Shown here piece by piece: positions 7,870-17,303 of a stretch of DNA of 64,000 nucleotides. Position 1 is the first letter of the stretch. Each line of letters starts with the position of its first letter. Origin of the DNA: a virus; IMG/VR virus record IMGVR_UViG_3300043449_001732, positions 1 through 64,000 of that record; one strand, written 5' to 3'. The notes below the pieces were generated by a model, which saw only the letters and a list, made by a program, of their open reading frames with translations, was not told the origin of the DNA and searched no databases. The translations under genes and the position numbers were made by a program.

Positions 7870-8540
7870 TGGCGCAAGATCCTCGCCTTGACCTTGGACG
7901 TTACATCCAAAACCCTTTTAACAGACAGGGGCAGATCACAAAACGTCTTGATTTTGATGAGCTGTTCCGCTCTAAACCGGAGACAGGGGAATACCCCTGG
8001 AACCCATCGAGATTTGAGTCTCAAGACCTTCTTAAACGCGGGATGACCCGCAAGCAAACACTTAACCCCTCACTCAACTTCGTAGGTAATGCGCCGTTCT
8101 TTGACGCAAACGTAGAGGTAACGCCTGAGTACGAATTATTTGAAGGCCTTGGTCGTTTCAACCGTCCTAATGATTACGACTTTGAAGAAGGGAGAGCACG
8201 TACAGCTCAGCGTCCCCAAGATCAACCCGACTTCAAACCAGAGTGGATCGAAGCATATAAACTCAGCCCCACGATGAATCCTGGCAAGATTGCCAAGAAT
8301 CCCATGCCCCGCATGAGGAATCCAGATCCCAATGGTTACATCATGGCCATGGCTGAAAAACGTGCAGAAAATGAAGTGGAAGACAAACCGTCTATTGCAC
8401 AGCTCCTGGATCGTAAAGGTGTAGTCAAGTCAATGCCTGTGAAGAAAGAAGAAGAGGAAGGAGAAGTCACCGCAGATGAAAATAGTGTTGAAACAAATGC
8501 TTCCCCTGGTAAAACAGAAGGAAAACCACGAGTAACATAG
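7866..8540 (+). CDS. hypothetical protein
   Basis: 224-aa ORF coupled to the upstream stop. Confidence 0.7.
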   Translation: MMAQDPRLDLGRYIQNPFNRQGQITKRLDFDELFRSKPETGEYPWNPSRFESQDLLKRGMTRKQTLNPSLNFVGNAPFFDANVEVTPEYELFEGLGRFNRPNDYDFEEGRARTAQRPQDQPDFKPEWIEAYKLSPTMNPGKIAKNPMPRMRNPDPNGYIMAMAEKRAENEVEDKPSIAQLLDRKGVVKSMPVKKEEEEGEVTADENSVETNASPGKTEGKPRVT

Positions 8541-8559
8541 AACAATAGGCGCAAGAGCA

Positions 8560-9120
8560 ATGTTAGGCACATTAGGTAAACTAATAACAAGTCAAACGTC
8601 TCGCCAGGCAGCCAAGGCAGCTATCCCTGGGGCAGCACTTAACTTTGGTGTCGGCACACTGACGCAAGGTCCTGTGGCCGGCCTTGCATATGCCGCAGGT
8701 GATTTCCTGCTCAACTATCCGGTTGTTGGCGCAGCACGGAAGATGTTCCCTGGTACACCAGCGGGCACTGCAACTATCGTCACCAAGGGCGGTGAAAAAA
8801 TTACCAAGGAACTGCCATACATGCCATCCAGTATTGAGGGCGGCCTAAACCTTGGCGCATCCTTGGCCTCGATGCCACTCGTTGATGTAGCCACCGGAGG
8901 TGCGCTGTACAACAATCAAAATCCAGTGGAACCGACAAACATATCTCAAGAACAACAAATTTATCAGCAGGCTACCCAGCGTCAGGATATTAACCGCTTG
9001 CAACAACAGGCTTTATCTCCTGGCACCCAATTCCAAATGCAAGGTTTGGAGCATACGTTCCATTACCCAGGCGTAACGCTTCCGCCTGAAACCCTTGCAA
9101 TGTTGCAGAGCGCAGGCTAA
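8560..9120 (+). CDS. Gly/Ala-rich putative internal virion protein
   Basis: hydrophobic Gly-zipper segments; cluster context. Confidence 0.5.
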   Translation: MLGTLGKLITSQTSRQAAKAAIPGAALNFGVGTLTQGPVAGLAYAAGDFLLNYPVVGAARKMFPGTPAGTATIVTKGGEKITKELPYMPSSIEGGLNLGASLASMPLVDVATGGALYNNQNPVEPTNISQEQQIYQQATQRQDINRLQQQALSPGTQFQMQGLEHTFHYPGVTLPPETLAMLQSAG

Positions 9121-10106
9121 TGGCTACCCTTCCTTCTTACATCGGACAAAAAGGCGGCCCTTCCCTGAACGTTAAGGGTTTTAAAGGTGGTTTAGATGTT
9201 GGCCTCGAGGTCATGCGTCAAACTGCCATGGAAGGTGGCAAGTACGCTCCTAGCACATTAAGAGATAAACAATTTAAACAAAGCCTGAAAGATACGGGTA
9301 TTTCAGCCAAGGAAACGCCTGGTGCTTTTCTTGGTGCATACACTGCACGTGTAGCAGGCGATATCATCAATCAAGAAACAAGAAACCTGTGGTGGGCTAT
9401 AAACCATCCCATCGCAATGGCTGATAAAGCAGCCGCCAAGCTAATTGATCCTCAAGGTAAATTACCGCGTTACACATCAGCAGCCATTATTGGTTCTGTT
9501 GTAACCCCTGCTTTTGCTTTGAGCGGTGCATATGACCCCACAAATATTTCAGAGTTAGGTCGTCCAAAAGGCTATAAGCAAAACATACCTGACCCAGAGG
9601 ATCCGACTCAATCCATGGATCCAGCCACGGAAGTTTTTGAGCGTTTCATGCAGGGGCGGCAAGGTCGTCCCCTTGCATACGAAAAAGCAAAAGAAGAAAT
9701 CCCAAGCCTTACCAAGGGACGTTATGCAAACTACATGAACTTTTTGTATAACGAACCTGCTGTCCTTGGGTCTGTCAAGGCGACAAGTGAGAACTTAGAG
9801 GGTGTTCCAGAGGCTCGTGTATTTGGTTATCCCGTAAGCATCCCGACGGTAACAACGTTGGCTGGCGGCATTGCTGGGGCACGTATTGGTTTAGCTACTG
9901 CACCACGGCCTCCCCAGGCGCAACAACTCAATCTGATTCCTGGAGCTAAAGCCACTGATATTGACACCAAGATCAAACCCAAACAACAAGGGCTCCGTGG
10001 TGTTGTTGGTGGTTTAGCAGGTGCTGCAAGTGGAGCAATCCTTGGTGTGTTAACAAACCAGGCATTAGCAGCAAAACAGTTAGACACTCAGCTACCAATG
10101 TCTTAA
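9120..10106 (+). CDS. putative internal virion protein with Gly-zipper helices
   Basis: 328 aa; TAATG coupling. Confidence 0.5.
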   Translation: MATLPSYIGQKGGPSLNVKGFKGGLDVGLEVMRQTAMEGGKYAPSTLRDKQFKQSLKDTGISAKETPGAFLGAYTARVAGDIINQETRNLWWAINHPIAMADKAAAKLIDPQGKLPRYTSAAIIGSVVTPAFALSGAYDPTNISELGRPKGYKQNIPDPEDPTQSMDPATEVFERFMQGRQGRPLAYEKAKEEIPSLTKGRYANYMNFLYNEPAVLGSVKATSENLEGVPEARVFGYPVSIPTVTTLAGGIAGARIGLATAPRPPQAQQLNLIPGAKATDIDTKIKPKQQGLRGVVGGLAGAASGAILGVLTNQALAAKQLDTQLPMS

Positions 10107-10149
10107 ACTAAGGTACTGATAGAATTTAAAAATAAAGGTAGATATAGCG

Positions 10150-11094
10150 ATGGCCGTACCGCTTAACTTTGACCCAAATACAGCTTATCTTGCGTCTGGA
10201 CCTCAACCATTGCCAGGTCCCTATGCGCCTCAAGCAGCAACTCCGGATGCATTTCAGGCATTCATGGCAAGTAGCAAGGAAAAAGGAAAAGAGCTCCTTG
10301 GTAAGGTTGGTCAAACTGCACAGTCTGCGAAGGAAGAACTCCTGAAACCTGGTGGTGTGTTCAAGAACCAGGCAGGTGCTTATCGTGGTGCCGCCGGTGG
10401 TAAGTCTGGTGCGGCTCTTGGTGCAGTAGGCACGTTACTCTCCGGTGATCCTCTTGGTGCTGCGGTCAGTGCTCCCGTGGGTGTACTTGCAGGCATGGGT
10501 GCAAACGCAGCAACCACTGCGTTAACACAAGGCTTGATGGCTGGCCCTCCCGCAGCAAAAGCAGTTGGTCTTGCTGCTCGCTTCTTAGTTCCTGGCTTGG
10601 TTGGCGGCGCTGCTCAACAAGCAACTGCAGGCGCCGTTAAAGCAGCAACAGGCAAAGTAGAAGCTGGTGCCAATGCTCCTGTAGGCGGTACACCGATGTA
10701 CGTCCCTGGCACTAGCATTGCCTTGAACCAGGCTGGTCTTGAGCAAAACCAATTTGAACGCGATCTTGCCAACCGTCTGAAAGAAGCACAGGCGATGGGT
10801 AATTACGATATCGCTAAGACGAAAGAGATTACGGATTACGCTCTCAACAAACAAATTGAATTACAAAAGGGTCTTCTGCCCATCGCTGATCACGAACGTC
10901 GCCAGAACTTAATTGCTGCCCAGCAGCTGCAAGCAAGTCAAGGTGCGATCTACCAAAACCTTGGCCGCCAAGCAGGTATGTTCAAGTTAGCTGGTGGTGC
11001 ACAAGCAGAAGCGGGTGCCACTCTGCGTACCATGATTGCAAATAATCCGTATGCAAACGCAACTCTCTCCGCTCCGTCCATCAGCTTTGGTTGA
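10150..11094 (+). CDS. putative DNA-ejection (pilot-like) protein
   Basis: Gly/Ala-rich hydrophobic middle followed by Gln-rich coiled coil. Confidence 0.5.
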   Translation: MAVPLNFDPNTAYLASGPQPLPGPYAPQAATPDAFQAFMASSKEKGKELLGKVGQTAQSAKEELLKPGGVFKNQAGAYRGAAGGKSGAALGAVGTLLSGDPLGAAVSAPVGVLAGMGANAATTALTQGLMAGPPAAKAVGLAARFLVPGLVGGAAQQATAGAVKAATGKVEAGANAPVGGTPMYVPGTSIALNQAGLEQNQFERDLANRLKEAQAMGNYDIAKTKEITDYALNKQIELQKGLLPIADHERRQNLIAAQQLQASQGAIYQNLGRQAGMFKLAGGAQAEAGATLRTMIANNPYANATLSAPSISFG

Positions 11095-11597
11095 TCATGG
11101 CACTAACAGTTCCTCCTAATATCACGAAGGGTGCCGCCAAGTTTGGCTGGGATAAGGGAGTAGATCTTTCAAGCCCTGGTATTGGTGCAGCGTTTACACC
11201 AGGTAGTGGGGCTACTCCAGGAGGCTTCCCTGCTGCCGAGGGCCCCCAGTCAGACCTAGCAACCCTTACAAACTATTTGACCCAGGCACGAAGAGAAGAC
11301 AGAGCAGCCAACACGCTAGAACGAGCCGAAGAAGAAGCTCGTCAATTGCGTCAAGCAAAGGAAAGACAGCTGCTAGGCAAAGAAAGCCTAGGTATTGCTT
11401 CCATGTATAATCAAATCAACAAACTACCAGATAAAATTGCAAGTGCATTTGGTGGCGCTGGTGATCTACAGCTGATGCTTGGTACCTACGGAAACATTCC
11501 TGCAATTGTTTCTGAAACCTACCGTACGTTCCCTCAACGTACAATCCAACCAGTTGGCAGTGCTGTACCTAACACCCAATATTTTGGGCGTGGCTGA
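11091..11597 (+). CDS. hypothetical virion-associated protein
   Basis: 168-aa ORF with coiled coil. Confidence 0.55.
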   Translation: MIMALTVPPNITKGAAKFGWDKGVDLSSPGIGAAFTPGSGATPGGFPAAEGPQSDLATLTNYLTQARREDRAANTLERAEEEARQLRQAKERQLLGKESLGIASMYNQINKLPDKIASAFGGAGDLQLMLGTYGNIPAIVSETYRTFPQRTIQPVGSAVPNTQYFGRG

Positions 11598-11637
11598 ATA
11601 CCTGTATTAAAATAAAAACAAATAATAGGTCGAACGT

Positions 11638-12132
11638 ATGGCTGCATCAGATTTTTGGTCAGGGGCTGGCGGACCGCTTGCGTCGGCCGGCCTAGGGCTT
11701 ATTGGCCTTCCTTTTCAGATTGCTGGTCAGCGTCGGCAGCAAGACATTATGCGTGCAGGGCTTGAGGCCCAGCTTCGTGCACAGAATTCTGCCCTGGAAA
11801 CCAATGCAATGCTCAGCAGGGAGGGCATGTACGGTCAGCTGGGCGAAAGCCTGGGTGCCAGGGTATTTGGTCAAACTGCAGCCGACCTAGAGTTTGGCCG
11901 TCAAAAAGAAGCACGTAAATATGAATTGGGTCCCCTGGCGGATAAACAGCTTGGTTATCTTTCAGATCTCTCAAGGCGAGAACGATCTGCCGCTATCAGC
12001 CCGGAAAAGCAACAAGCTTTGCGTTTTGAAAATCTGTTAGCCATGAAGAGAGAGCAAGCGCGGGCAGAAGCGCCAATGGCTGCAATGTTTGGGCGTAAAG
12101 CTCCGACAAATGTTAGCTCTATGGTTATTTAA
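11638..12132 (+). CDS. putative internal virion protein
   Basis: N-terminal Gly-rich hydrophobic helix + Q/R coiled coil. Confidence 0.5.
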   Translation: MAASDFWSGAGGPLASAGLGLIGLPFQIAGQRRQQDIMRAGLEAQLRAQNSALETNAMLSREGMYGQLGESLGARVFGQTAADLEFGRQKEARKYELGPLADKQLGYLSDLSRRERSAAISPEKQQALRFENLLAMKREQARAEAPMAAMFGRKAPTNVSSMVI

Positions 12133-12174
12133 TGGTCTCAAATTGCTACACTGTTTTTAACTGTATCAATTTCA

Positions 12175-12639
12175 ATGAGCACCGAGCAGGAGCGCAGGGA
12201 GACATACGAACAAACAAAGCATGTTCTTTCTTATATATGTGAGGACAATGCAGAAGCCAAAGAATATTTAGAGCTTCTTTTGCGGTGCTTGAGAATAATT
12301 GACGATGTGCATGACGAAGATTATCCGGTAAGCAAAGAAGATTTGCTTTTTGTTTTTGAGGTCCTTTTTGTAAGGCTGCCGATGAACAAATTTTTTGTTG
12401 TTCATCGCGATTTTCTGCTATCACAGCATATGGTTACCTGGAACACGTGGGAGATTAGCAACCTTCTGCGTTCTCAACCAGAAGATTTTCACCGAATGTA
12501 CGGCCAAGTCTTGAGTGGTTATATCCATGAACTTTTGCCACTTGTCGCCTTTTTAATAGGTGGTTATCATAAAATGAAAGAAGTTAATGGGTTAATAAGA
12601 ACCCTATATCAAGATAAGTTGGAGGACGAACATGGTTAG
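12175..12639 (+). CDS. helical DDxxD protein (isoprenoid-synthase-like fold)
   Basis: IIDDVHDED motif in an apparently all-alpha protein. Confidence 0.5.
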   Translation: MSTEQERRETYEQTKHVLSYICEDNAEAKEYLELLLRCLRIIDDVHDEDYPVSKEDLLFVFEVLFVRLPMNKFFVVHRDFLLSQHMVTWNTWEISNLLRSQPEDFHRMYGQVLSGYIHELLPLVAFLIGGYHKMKEVNGLIRTLYQDKLEDEHG

Positions 12640-13540
12640 ATGGGTAGGTGGTGGTAGTACCACGATTAATTATCAACCCCCTCAGATTCAAAGGGATGAT
12701 TCTTTTGAGAAATTTTTAAACTATCAACGCGAACGTGAACAAGCAGCTGACGAGCGTGCGGCAGCTGAAAGGGCTGAAAGCAAGCGTGACGCCGATGCAC
12801 GGAAAGCGGCAGGTGCAGCAGGCTATGCTGGCTTAAGGGCCGGAGCTGAATCCGAACTTAGGTCTGGCCTGGTTAGTTATCAAGACGCTGCATCTCGTTT
12901 AAGGGATTACGCTGCCAAATACGACTTAACGCCGCCTGAAGCGGATGTTTCCGCACTGTCAGACATCTATCAGAAAGAGGTGCGCCCCGGCCAGCTGCAA
13001 ACAGGTATTGAAGCTACGTATGAAGAGCTTCTTGGTCGGCCGGCTACAGAGCAAGAGAAGAGCACTGCTTTATCACGGTTCGAAAAAAGTTACTATCGTG
13101 ATATCAACGATCTTAAGGATACAGTTCTAAAAGGTTCAGAGTATCAAAAGAAGTTCAACCAGAACTACCTAGATAATTACTACGACACCATGTTCGGTAA
13201 ACAAACTACCGACGAAAAAGGCGAGCGTACAGGCAAGCGTGCATTTACTTTTGCGCAGAACTTACTTCCCCAATATGGAGGTGACTTAGCTGGTCGCACC
13301 AAAATCACAACCCCCGACTTTGGTAGCAGCTTCACTGGAACACCTACTGAAATTGAAGAGCAACAGCAAAATCTCAGGGATACTCGCCAGTATCTGTACA
13401 GCGCTGGTCTTACCAACCTTCAGGGGGAGATCGACAAGGAAACCCAGTCCCTCAAAAACGAAGGCACAAAAGAACTTGCAAAGATTTCCGCACAAGGTGA
13501 CATCTACAAGCAATTGGTTGGTGCATTTAGTTTCTCGTAA
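12632..13540 (+). CDS. putative internal virion protein
   Basis: GGGS N-terminus, coiled coil, YEELLGR.A motif. Confidence 0.55.
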   Translation: MVRWVGGGSTTINYQPPQIQRDDSFEKFLNYQREREQAADERAAAERAESKRDADARKAAGAAGYAGLRAGAESELRSGLVSYQDAASRLRDYAAKYDLTPPEADVSALSDIYQKEVRPGQLQTGIEATYEELLGRPATEQEKSTALSRFEKSYYRDINDLKDTVLKGSEYQKKFNQNYLDNYYDTMFGKQTTDEKGERTGKRAFTFAQNLLPQYGGDLAGRTKITTPDFGSSFTGTPTEIEEQQQNLRDTRQYLYSAGLTNLQGEIDKETQSLKNEGTKELAKISAQGDIYKQLVGAFSFS

Positions 13541-13580
13541 ATGTATCAGTTATAATTAAAACAGCCAATAATTTACGCAT

Positions 13581-13757
13581 ATGTCCGCCACTCCTGTTGG
13601 CCAGGGTACCGCTGACGACTACTTTGATATCAGCAAGTTTGAGCAACTGCTCCAAAAATTAGAGGGTTCCAAGGGTCGTCAACAACGTCAAAAATCCCTG
13701 GAAAGCCGCCGAGACATCTATGCTCAAGGCCTAGCTTCCATGATGAGCAATTTCTGA
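13581..13757 (+). CDS. 58-aa DDYFD micro-protein, paralogue 1
   Basis: MSATPVGQGTADDYFDISKFEQLLQKLEGSKGRQQRQKSLESRRDIYAQGLASMMSNF; TATAAT at 13551; not in the ORF track. Confidence 0.8.
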   Translation: MSATPVGQGTADDYFDISKFEQLLQKLEGSKGRQQRQKSLESRRDIYAQGLASMMSNF

Positions 13758-13789
13758 TTTATAATTAAAATAGTCAACAATGTAATAAC

Positions 13790-13966
13790 ATGGCTGCTAC
13801 TCCCACTGGTCAACCTGAAGCTGACGACTACTTTGATATCAGCAAGTTTGAGCAACTGCTCCAAAAATTAGAGGGTTCCAAGGGTCGTCAACAACGTCAA
13901 AAATCCCTGGAAAGCCGTCGGGATATTTACGCCCAAGGTCTTGCCAGCATGATGAGCAACTTCTGA
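13790..13966 (+). CDS. 58-aa DDYFD micro-protein, paralogue 2
   Basis: identical to paralogue 1 from residue 11; 3' differences all synonymous; TATAAT at 13760. Confidence 0.8.
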   Translation: MAATPTGQPEADDYFDISKFEQLLQKLEGSKGRQQRQKSLESRRDIYAQGLASMMSNF

Positions 13967-13991
13967 TTTTTTCTCGTAGACTTTATAAGCC

Positions 13992-14249
13992 ATGACCAGC
14001 AGTTTTGCCGATGTTCCGGTTGGCCAGTCAAGTGAAGACGACTGGTTTGATCTAGATAAATATCGTCAAGCTGCTGGCGTTGCTTACGAATTCTCTAAGA
14101 AAAAAATGGAGACTGCTGGTGAACAAGAACGTGAAACAATCGGTAAAGGCGCAACCGAGCAGCGCACTGGAGCTCAGCAGCAGCAGGAATTCAAGCAGAA
14201 GGACGAAGAGCGAGACTACGGTCAGGCCCAACGAGCTTATCGATATTGA
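13992..14249 (+). CDS. DDWFD protein sharing the N-terminal motif with the two paralogues
   Basis: PVGQSSEDDWFDLDK versus PVGQGTADDYFDISK. Confidence 0.75.
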   Translation: MTSSFADVPVGQSSEDDWFDLDKYRQAAGVAYEFSKKKMETAGEQERETIGKGATEQRTGAQQQQEFKQKDEERDYGQAQRAYRY

Positions 14250-14736
14250 GATATTTGATGCTTGGGTAGACAACTTAGACGCTTCTACTCAAGAATCATT
14301 TCTTTCTTTTGCATCCGATAACTACTCAACAATTGAAATCTATCTGTATTCAAGATTCCTTGGATACAAAGGTAGTGCAATCCCGTGTGAGCTCTGGGTT
14401 AAGGACCGTTACGTCAAGCCAGATCACCGCAAGAAACTCTTGTATGAAATCGATGAGATGCAAGAGGATATGCGCAAGTTGCGCGAAGACGTAGAGCAGG
14501 GTCTTGTTAAACGGGATGCAGGCGTGGCACGTCTTGCATCCATGCAAAAAGAATTACGTGGCACAATTGCACAAGTAGAAACTTATACCTCCAATAAAGA
14601 TCGCAAGGGCCTCTTGATGGCTGGTGCAGATCGTGCTATTCGAGAACTCCTCTCGATTTTCAAAGATGATCCAATTGAGATTCCCCTGGAAGAAGCGTCA
14701 ATGAGCGTGTGGTCTCGCATGCAATTAGAAGAATAG
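14080..14736 (+). CDS. putative terminase small subunit (start uncertain)
   Basis: helical/coiled-coil protein upstream of TerL; assignment from position only. Confidence 0.4.
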   Translation: MLTNSLRKKWRLLVNKNVKQSVKAQPSSALELSSSRNSSRRTKSETTVRPNELIDIEIFDAWVDNLDASTQESFLSFASDNYSTIEIYLYSRFLGYKGSAIPCELWVKDRYVKPDHRKKLLYEIDEMQEDMRKLREDVEQGLVKRDAGVARLASMQKELRGTIAQVETYTSNKDRKGLLMAGADRAIRELLSIFKDDPIEIPLEEASMSVWSRMQLEE

Positions 14737-14772
14737 CCCGTACTAAGATAGGTTTAAATCCAGTTACCAGGT

Positions 14773-15075
14773 ATGGGCGCAAACGCAAATAATTCGCAGC
14801 TTGCCGGCATGGCACGTCAGCAGCAACAGATGGCTAGCGAAGGTGTCAGCCGTCGTCGTCAGGCAATGGCAACAGCTCCTGCACCCATGGGTAGCCCCAT
14901 GACGGAAGAAGGCGATATTTCCGGTAGCGCAGCGGTATCAGAAGGCTTAACCCGTGGAACACCACCGGGAATTTCTTTTGGTCCCGGCCGCGCAATGCGT
15001 ACTCTTGAAGAAGAAGCCGAAGGATCTCCTGCTTACCAGCAGATGATTGCGCGTATCCGCCAAGGTATGCGTTGA
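14773..15075 (+). CDS. hypothetical protein
   Basis: 100-aa ORF; -10-like TAAGAT upstream. Confidence 0.65.
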   Translation: MGANANNSQLAGMARQQQQMASEGVSRRRQAMATAPAPMGSPMTEEGDISGSAAVSEGLTRGTPPGISFGPGRAMRTLEEEAEGSPAYQQMIARIRQGMR

Positions 15076-15239
15076 TGGCAAAAGGTAAAATGCCTCCGCA
15101 ATTTCTTGAATACCTCAAGAAAAAAGAAGCAAAAAACCAAGACGGGTCTGAGATGTCAGACAAGGAAAAACGCAAGGCTGCTTTAGATAAAGCGCGTAAG
15201 TACCAAGACGAAAAGCGAAAGCAGAAAGAAAAAAAATAG
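15075..15239 (+). CDS. 54-aa Lys-rich protein (MAKGKMPPQFLEYLKKK)
   Basis: TGATG coupling; not in the ORF track. Confidence 0.65.
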   Translation: MAKGKMPPQFLEYLKKKEAKNQDGSEMSDKEKRKAALDKARKYQDEKRKQKEKK

Positions 15240-15271
15240 GGTAGTATTTAAAGATACGTTAAATACTAGTC

Positions 15272-16798
15272 GTGCCTTCGTATCTTCACTTAACACACAG
15301 GCGAAATGCAAAGGCAGCGGCTAAAAATCAACAACTTAGAAAACCAAAAAACGAAGAATCTCTTGCATTAGCGCGAGAAGATTTCAGTTTTTTCTGTGAG
15401 TACGTAGCCGATAAGCCTCCTGCGAAGCACCACAAGGAGTGGCATCGTCATTTTGTTACAGGGGAAGATAGTAACTGCCTGATTAAAATTGCTGGCCCCA
15501 ATATTGACTTATTGGCGCCCAGGGGGAGTGCTAAGTCCACAAGCTTGGGTTTGTTTACGGCATGGGCAATTGGCGTGCATACCACAGCCAAAATGCCTCT
15601 TCAGATTCTTTATCTGTCGTATACGGTTGACATTGCTCGTTCCAAGTCGGCAACCATCAAACGTATCATTGAGAGCAAGCGCTACCAAGAAGTATTCCCA
15701 AAGGTACGTCTTCTCAAGAACGTAACCAGTAATGAGTACTGGTCAATTGATCATCGCTTTGCCGGTATTGAAACCACAGGTGACGAACAATTTACGCTCT
15801 GTGCAGCAGGCCTCAAAGGTTCGGTGACTTCCAAGCGTAGTCATCTGGTCTGCATCGATGACGCCATTAAAAGTTCAGCGGATATCGCAAACCCTGACAT
15901 CAGAAAAATGATGCAGGAGAACTGGAACGCAGTGATTGCGCCAACCATGTTTGAAGGTGGACGGGCCATCTGCCTTGGAACCCGCTTCCGACATGATGAC
16001 ATTCACGCAACCACATTCAACGAACAAAACAACTGGACGCAGATTGTTCTATCTGCAATCCAAAATGATCCGGTCACTGGAGATGAGGAATCGTATTGGC
16101 CTGAGATGTGGTCCCTTGATTACCTAAAAGAAAAGAAAAGGCAAGCGCCAATTGCTTTTTCGTTTCAGTACATGAATCAAGTCATCAGACAAAACGAGCT
16201 ATCTCTGGCACCAGAGCTAATTGTTAAAGCTGAAATAGCGACTGAATTTGACGCTCTTGGCATTGGTGTTGACCTGTCTGCAGGCATCAAGGAAAAAAAT
16301 GACTACACCGTAATGGTGCTAGGTGGCCGTGTTGATGATCGTATACACATCATTGATTATCGCCGTATTCGCGTAATGGGCAACCTGGAAAAACTCGACG
16401 CAATGAAAGAGCTGCTCAATGATTGGTCTATTCTTGGCCGCGATGATAACGGGAATTACTTTCCGACTTATTCAACTTGCGATATCTGGTCGGAAGCAGT
16501 CCAGTACCAAGCGTCTTTGGAGGCGGACTTCAAGAGAGTCTGTCTAAGCAACGAAGGTCTTTACAACTTGCTCTGGCATCCAGTTAAAGGATTTAGGGCA
16601 GATAAGTTGGCTCGTTTCCGTGGCATCATTGGCATGTTTGAGGATCGCAAAATTATTTTCAATCGTTACCGCAACTTTACAAATATGTTTGAAGAACTGA
16701 CAAACTTTGGCGTTAGTAGTCATGACGACTGCGTCGATGCATTGGTCTGGCTTGTTAACGGACTTGCACGCAAAGGGCAGCTTCATCTTGATTACTAA
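15272..16798 (+). CDS. terL: terminase large subunit
   Basis: Walker A APRGSAKST, Walker B VCIDD, GTR coupling motif, nuclease GVDL..NDYT and HDDCVDA. Confidence 0.95.
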   Translation: MPSYLHLTHRRNAKAAAKNQQLRKPKNEESLALAREDFSFFCEYVADKPPAKHHKEWHRHFVTGEDSNCLIKIAGPNIDLLAPRGSAKSTSLGLFTAWAIGVHTTAKMPLQILYLSYTVDIARSKSATIKRIIESKRYQEVFPKVRLLKNVTSNEYWSIDHRFAGIETTGDEQFTLCAAGLKGSVTSKRSHLVCIDDAIKSSADIANPDIRKMMQENWNAVIAPTMFEGGRAICLGTRFRHDDIHATTFNEQNNWTQIVLSAIQNDPVTGDEESYWPEMWSLDYLKEKKRQAPIAFSFQYMNQVIRQNELSLAPELIVKAEIATEFDALGIGVDLSAGIKEKNDYTVMVLGGRVDDRIHIIDYRRIRVMGNLEKLDAMKELLNDWSILGRDDNGNYFPTYSTCDIWSEAVQYQASLEADFKRVCLSNEGLYNLLWHPVKGFRADKLARFRGIIGMFEDRKIIFNRYRNFTNMFEELTNFGVSSHDDCVDALVWLVNGLARKGQLHLDY

Positions 16799-16830
16799 GA
16801 ATTAGAATCAATAAAAAAGCATTTGCAGTC

Positions 16831-17124
16831 GTGGGACCAGAGTACTTAGCCCTTGGTTTGACAGCGGTAATTTCCGCACTTACAGGGGGATCTTGGGTCG
16901 CGAATAAAATATTGGGCCGCTCGTATGAGCGTATGAAACAATTACATGACATGTTGATAACGCAAGAGAATAAAGTGACTTCTCTTGAAAATCAAATCAA
17001 CCGCATGCCGCTTGAATACGTTTTAAAAGTGGACTTCCTTAGAGAGATCCAAGAAATGCATGACAACTTTAAGCAGATCAATATTAAGCTTGATAAGCTT
17101 ATGGAAAAGCTTTTGGCAAAATGA
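16831..17124 (+). CDS. single-TM coiled-coil protein (possible holin-like)
   Basis: N-terminal TM helix; C-terminal I..KLDKL. Confidence 0.5.
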   Translation: MGPEYLALGLTAVISALTGGSWVANKILGRSYERMKQLHDMLITQENKVTSLENQINRMPLEYVLKVDFLREIQEMHDNFKQINIKLDKLMEKLLAK

Positions 17125-17303
17125 GCTACATCCTTGAAGTGCAAGAAGATGAAAATGGAGATATTTTTATTTCGTTTCCAGAGGAGATAACAGAAGAACT
17201 TGGATGGGAAGAGGGTGATATTCTCGAGTGGAATTTAAAAGGAAATGGAATTGTATTGAGTAGACTGAATGACATAGCAGGTTACGAAGTATTGGAGGAT
17301 TAA
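17121..17303 (+). CDS. AbrB/MazE/SpoVT-family DNA-binding protein
   Basis: G.IFI.FPEEI.EELGW.EGD.LEW pattern. Confidence 0.8.
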   Translation: MSYILEVQEDENGDIFISFPEEITEELGWEEGDILEWNLKGNGIVLSRLNDIAGYEVLED

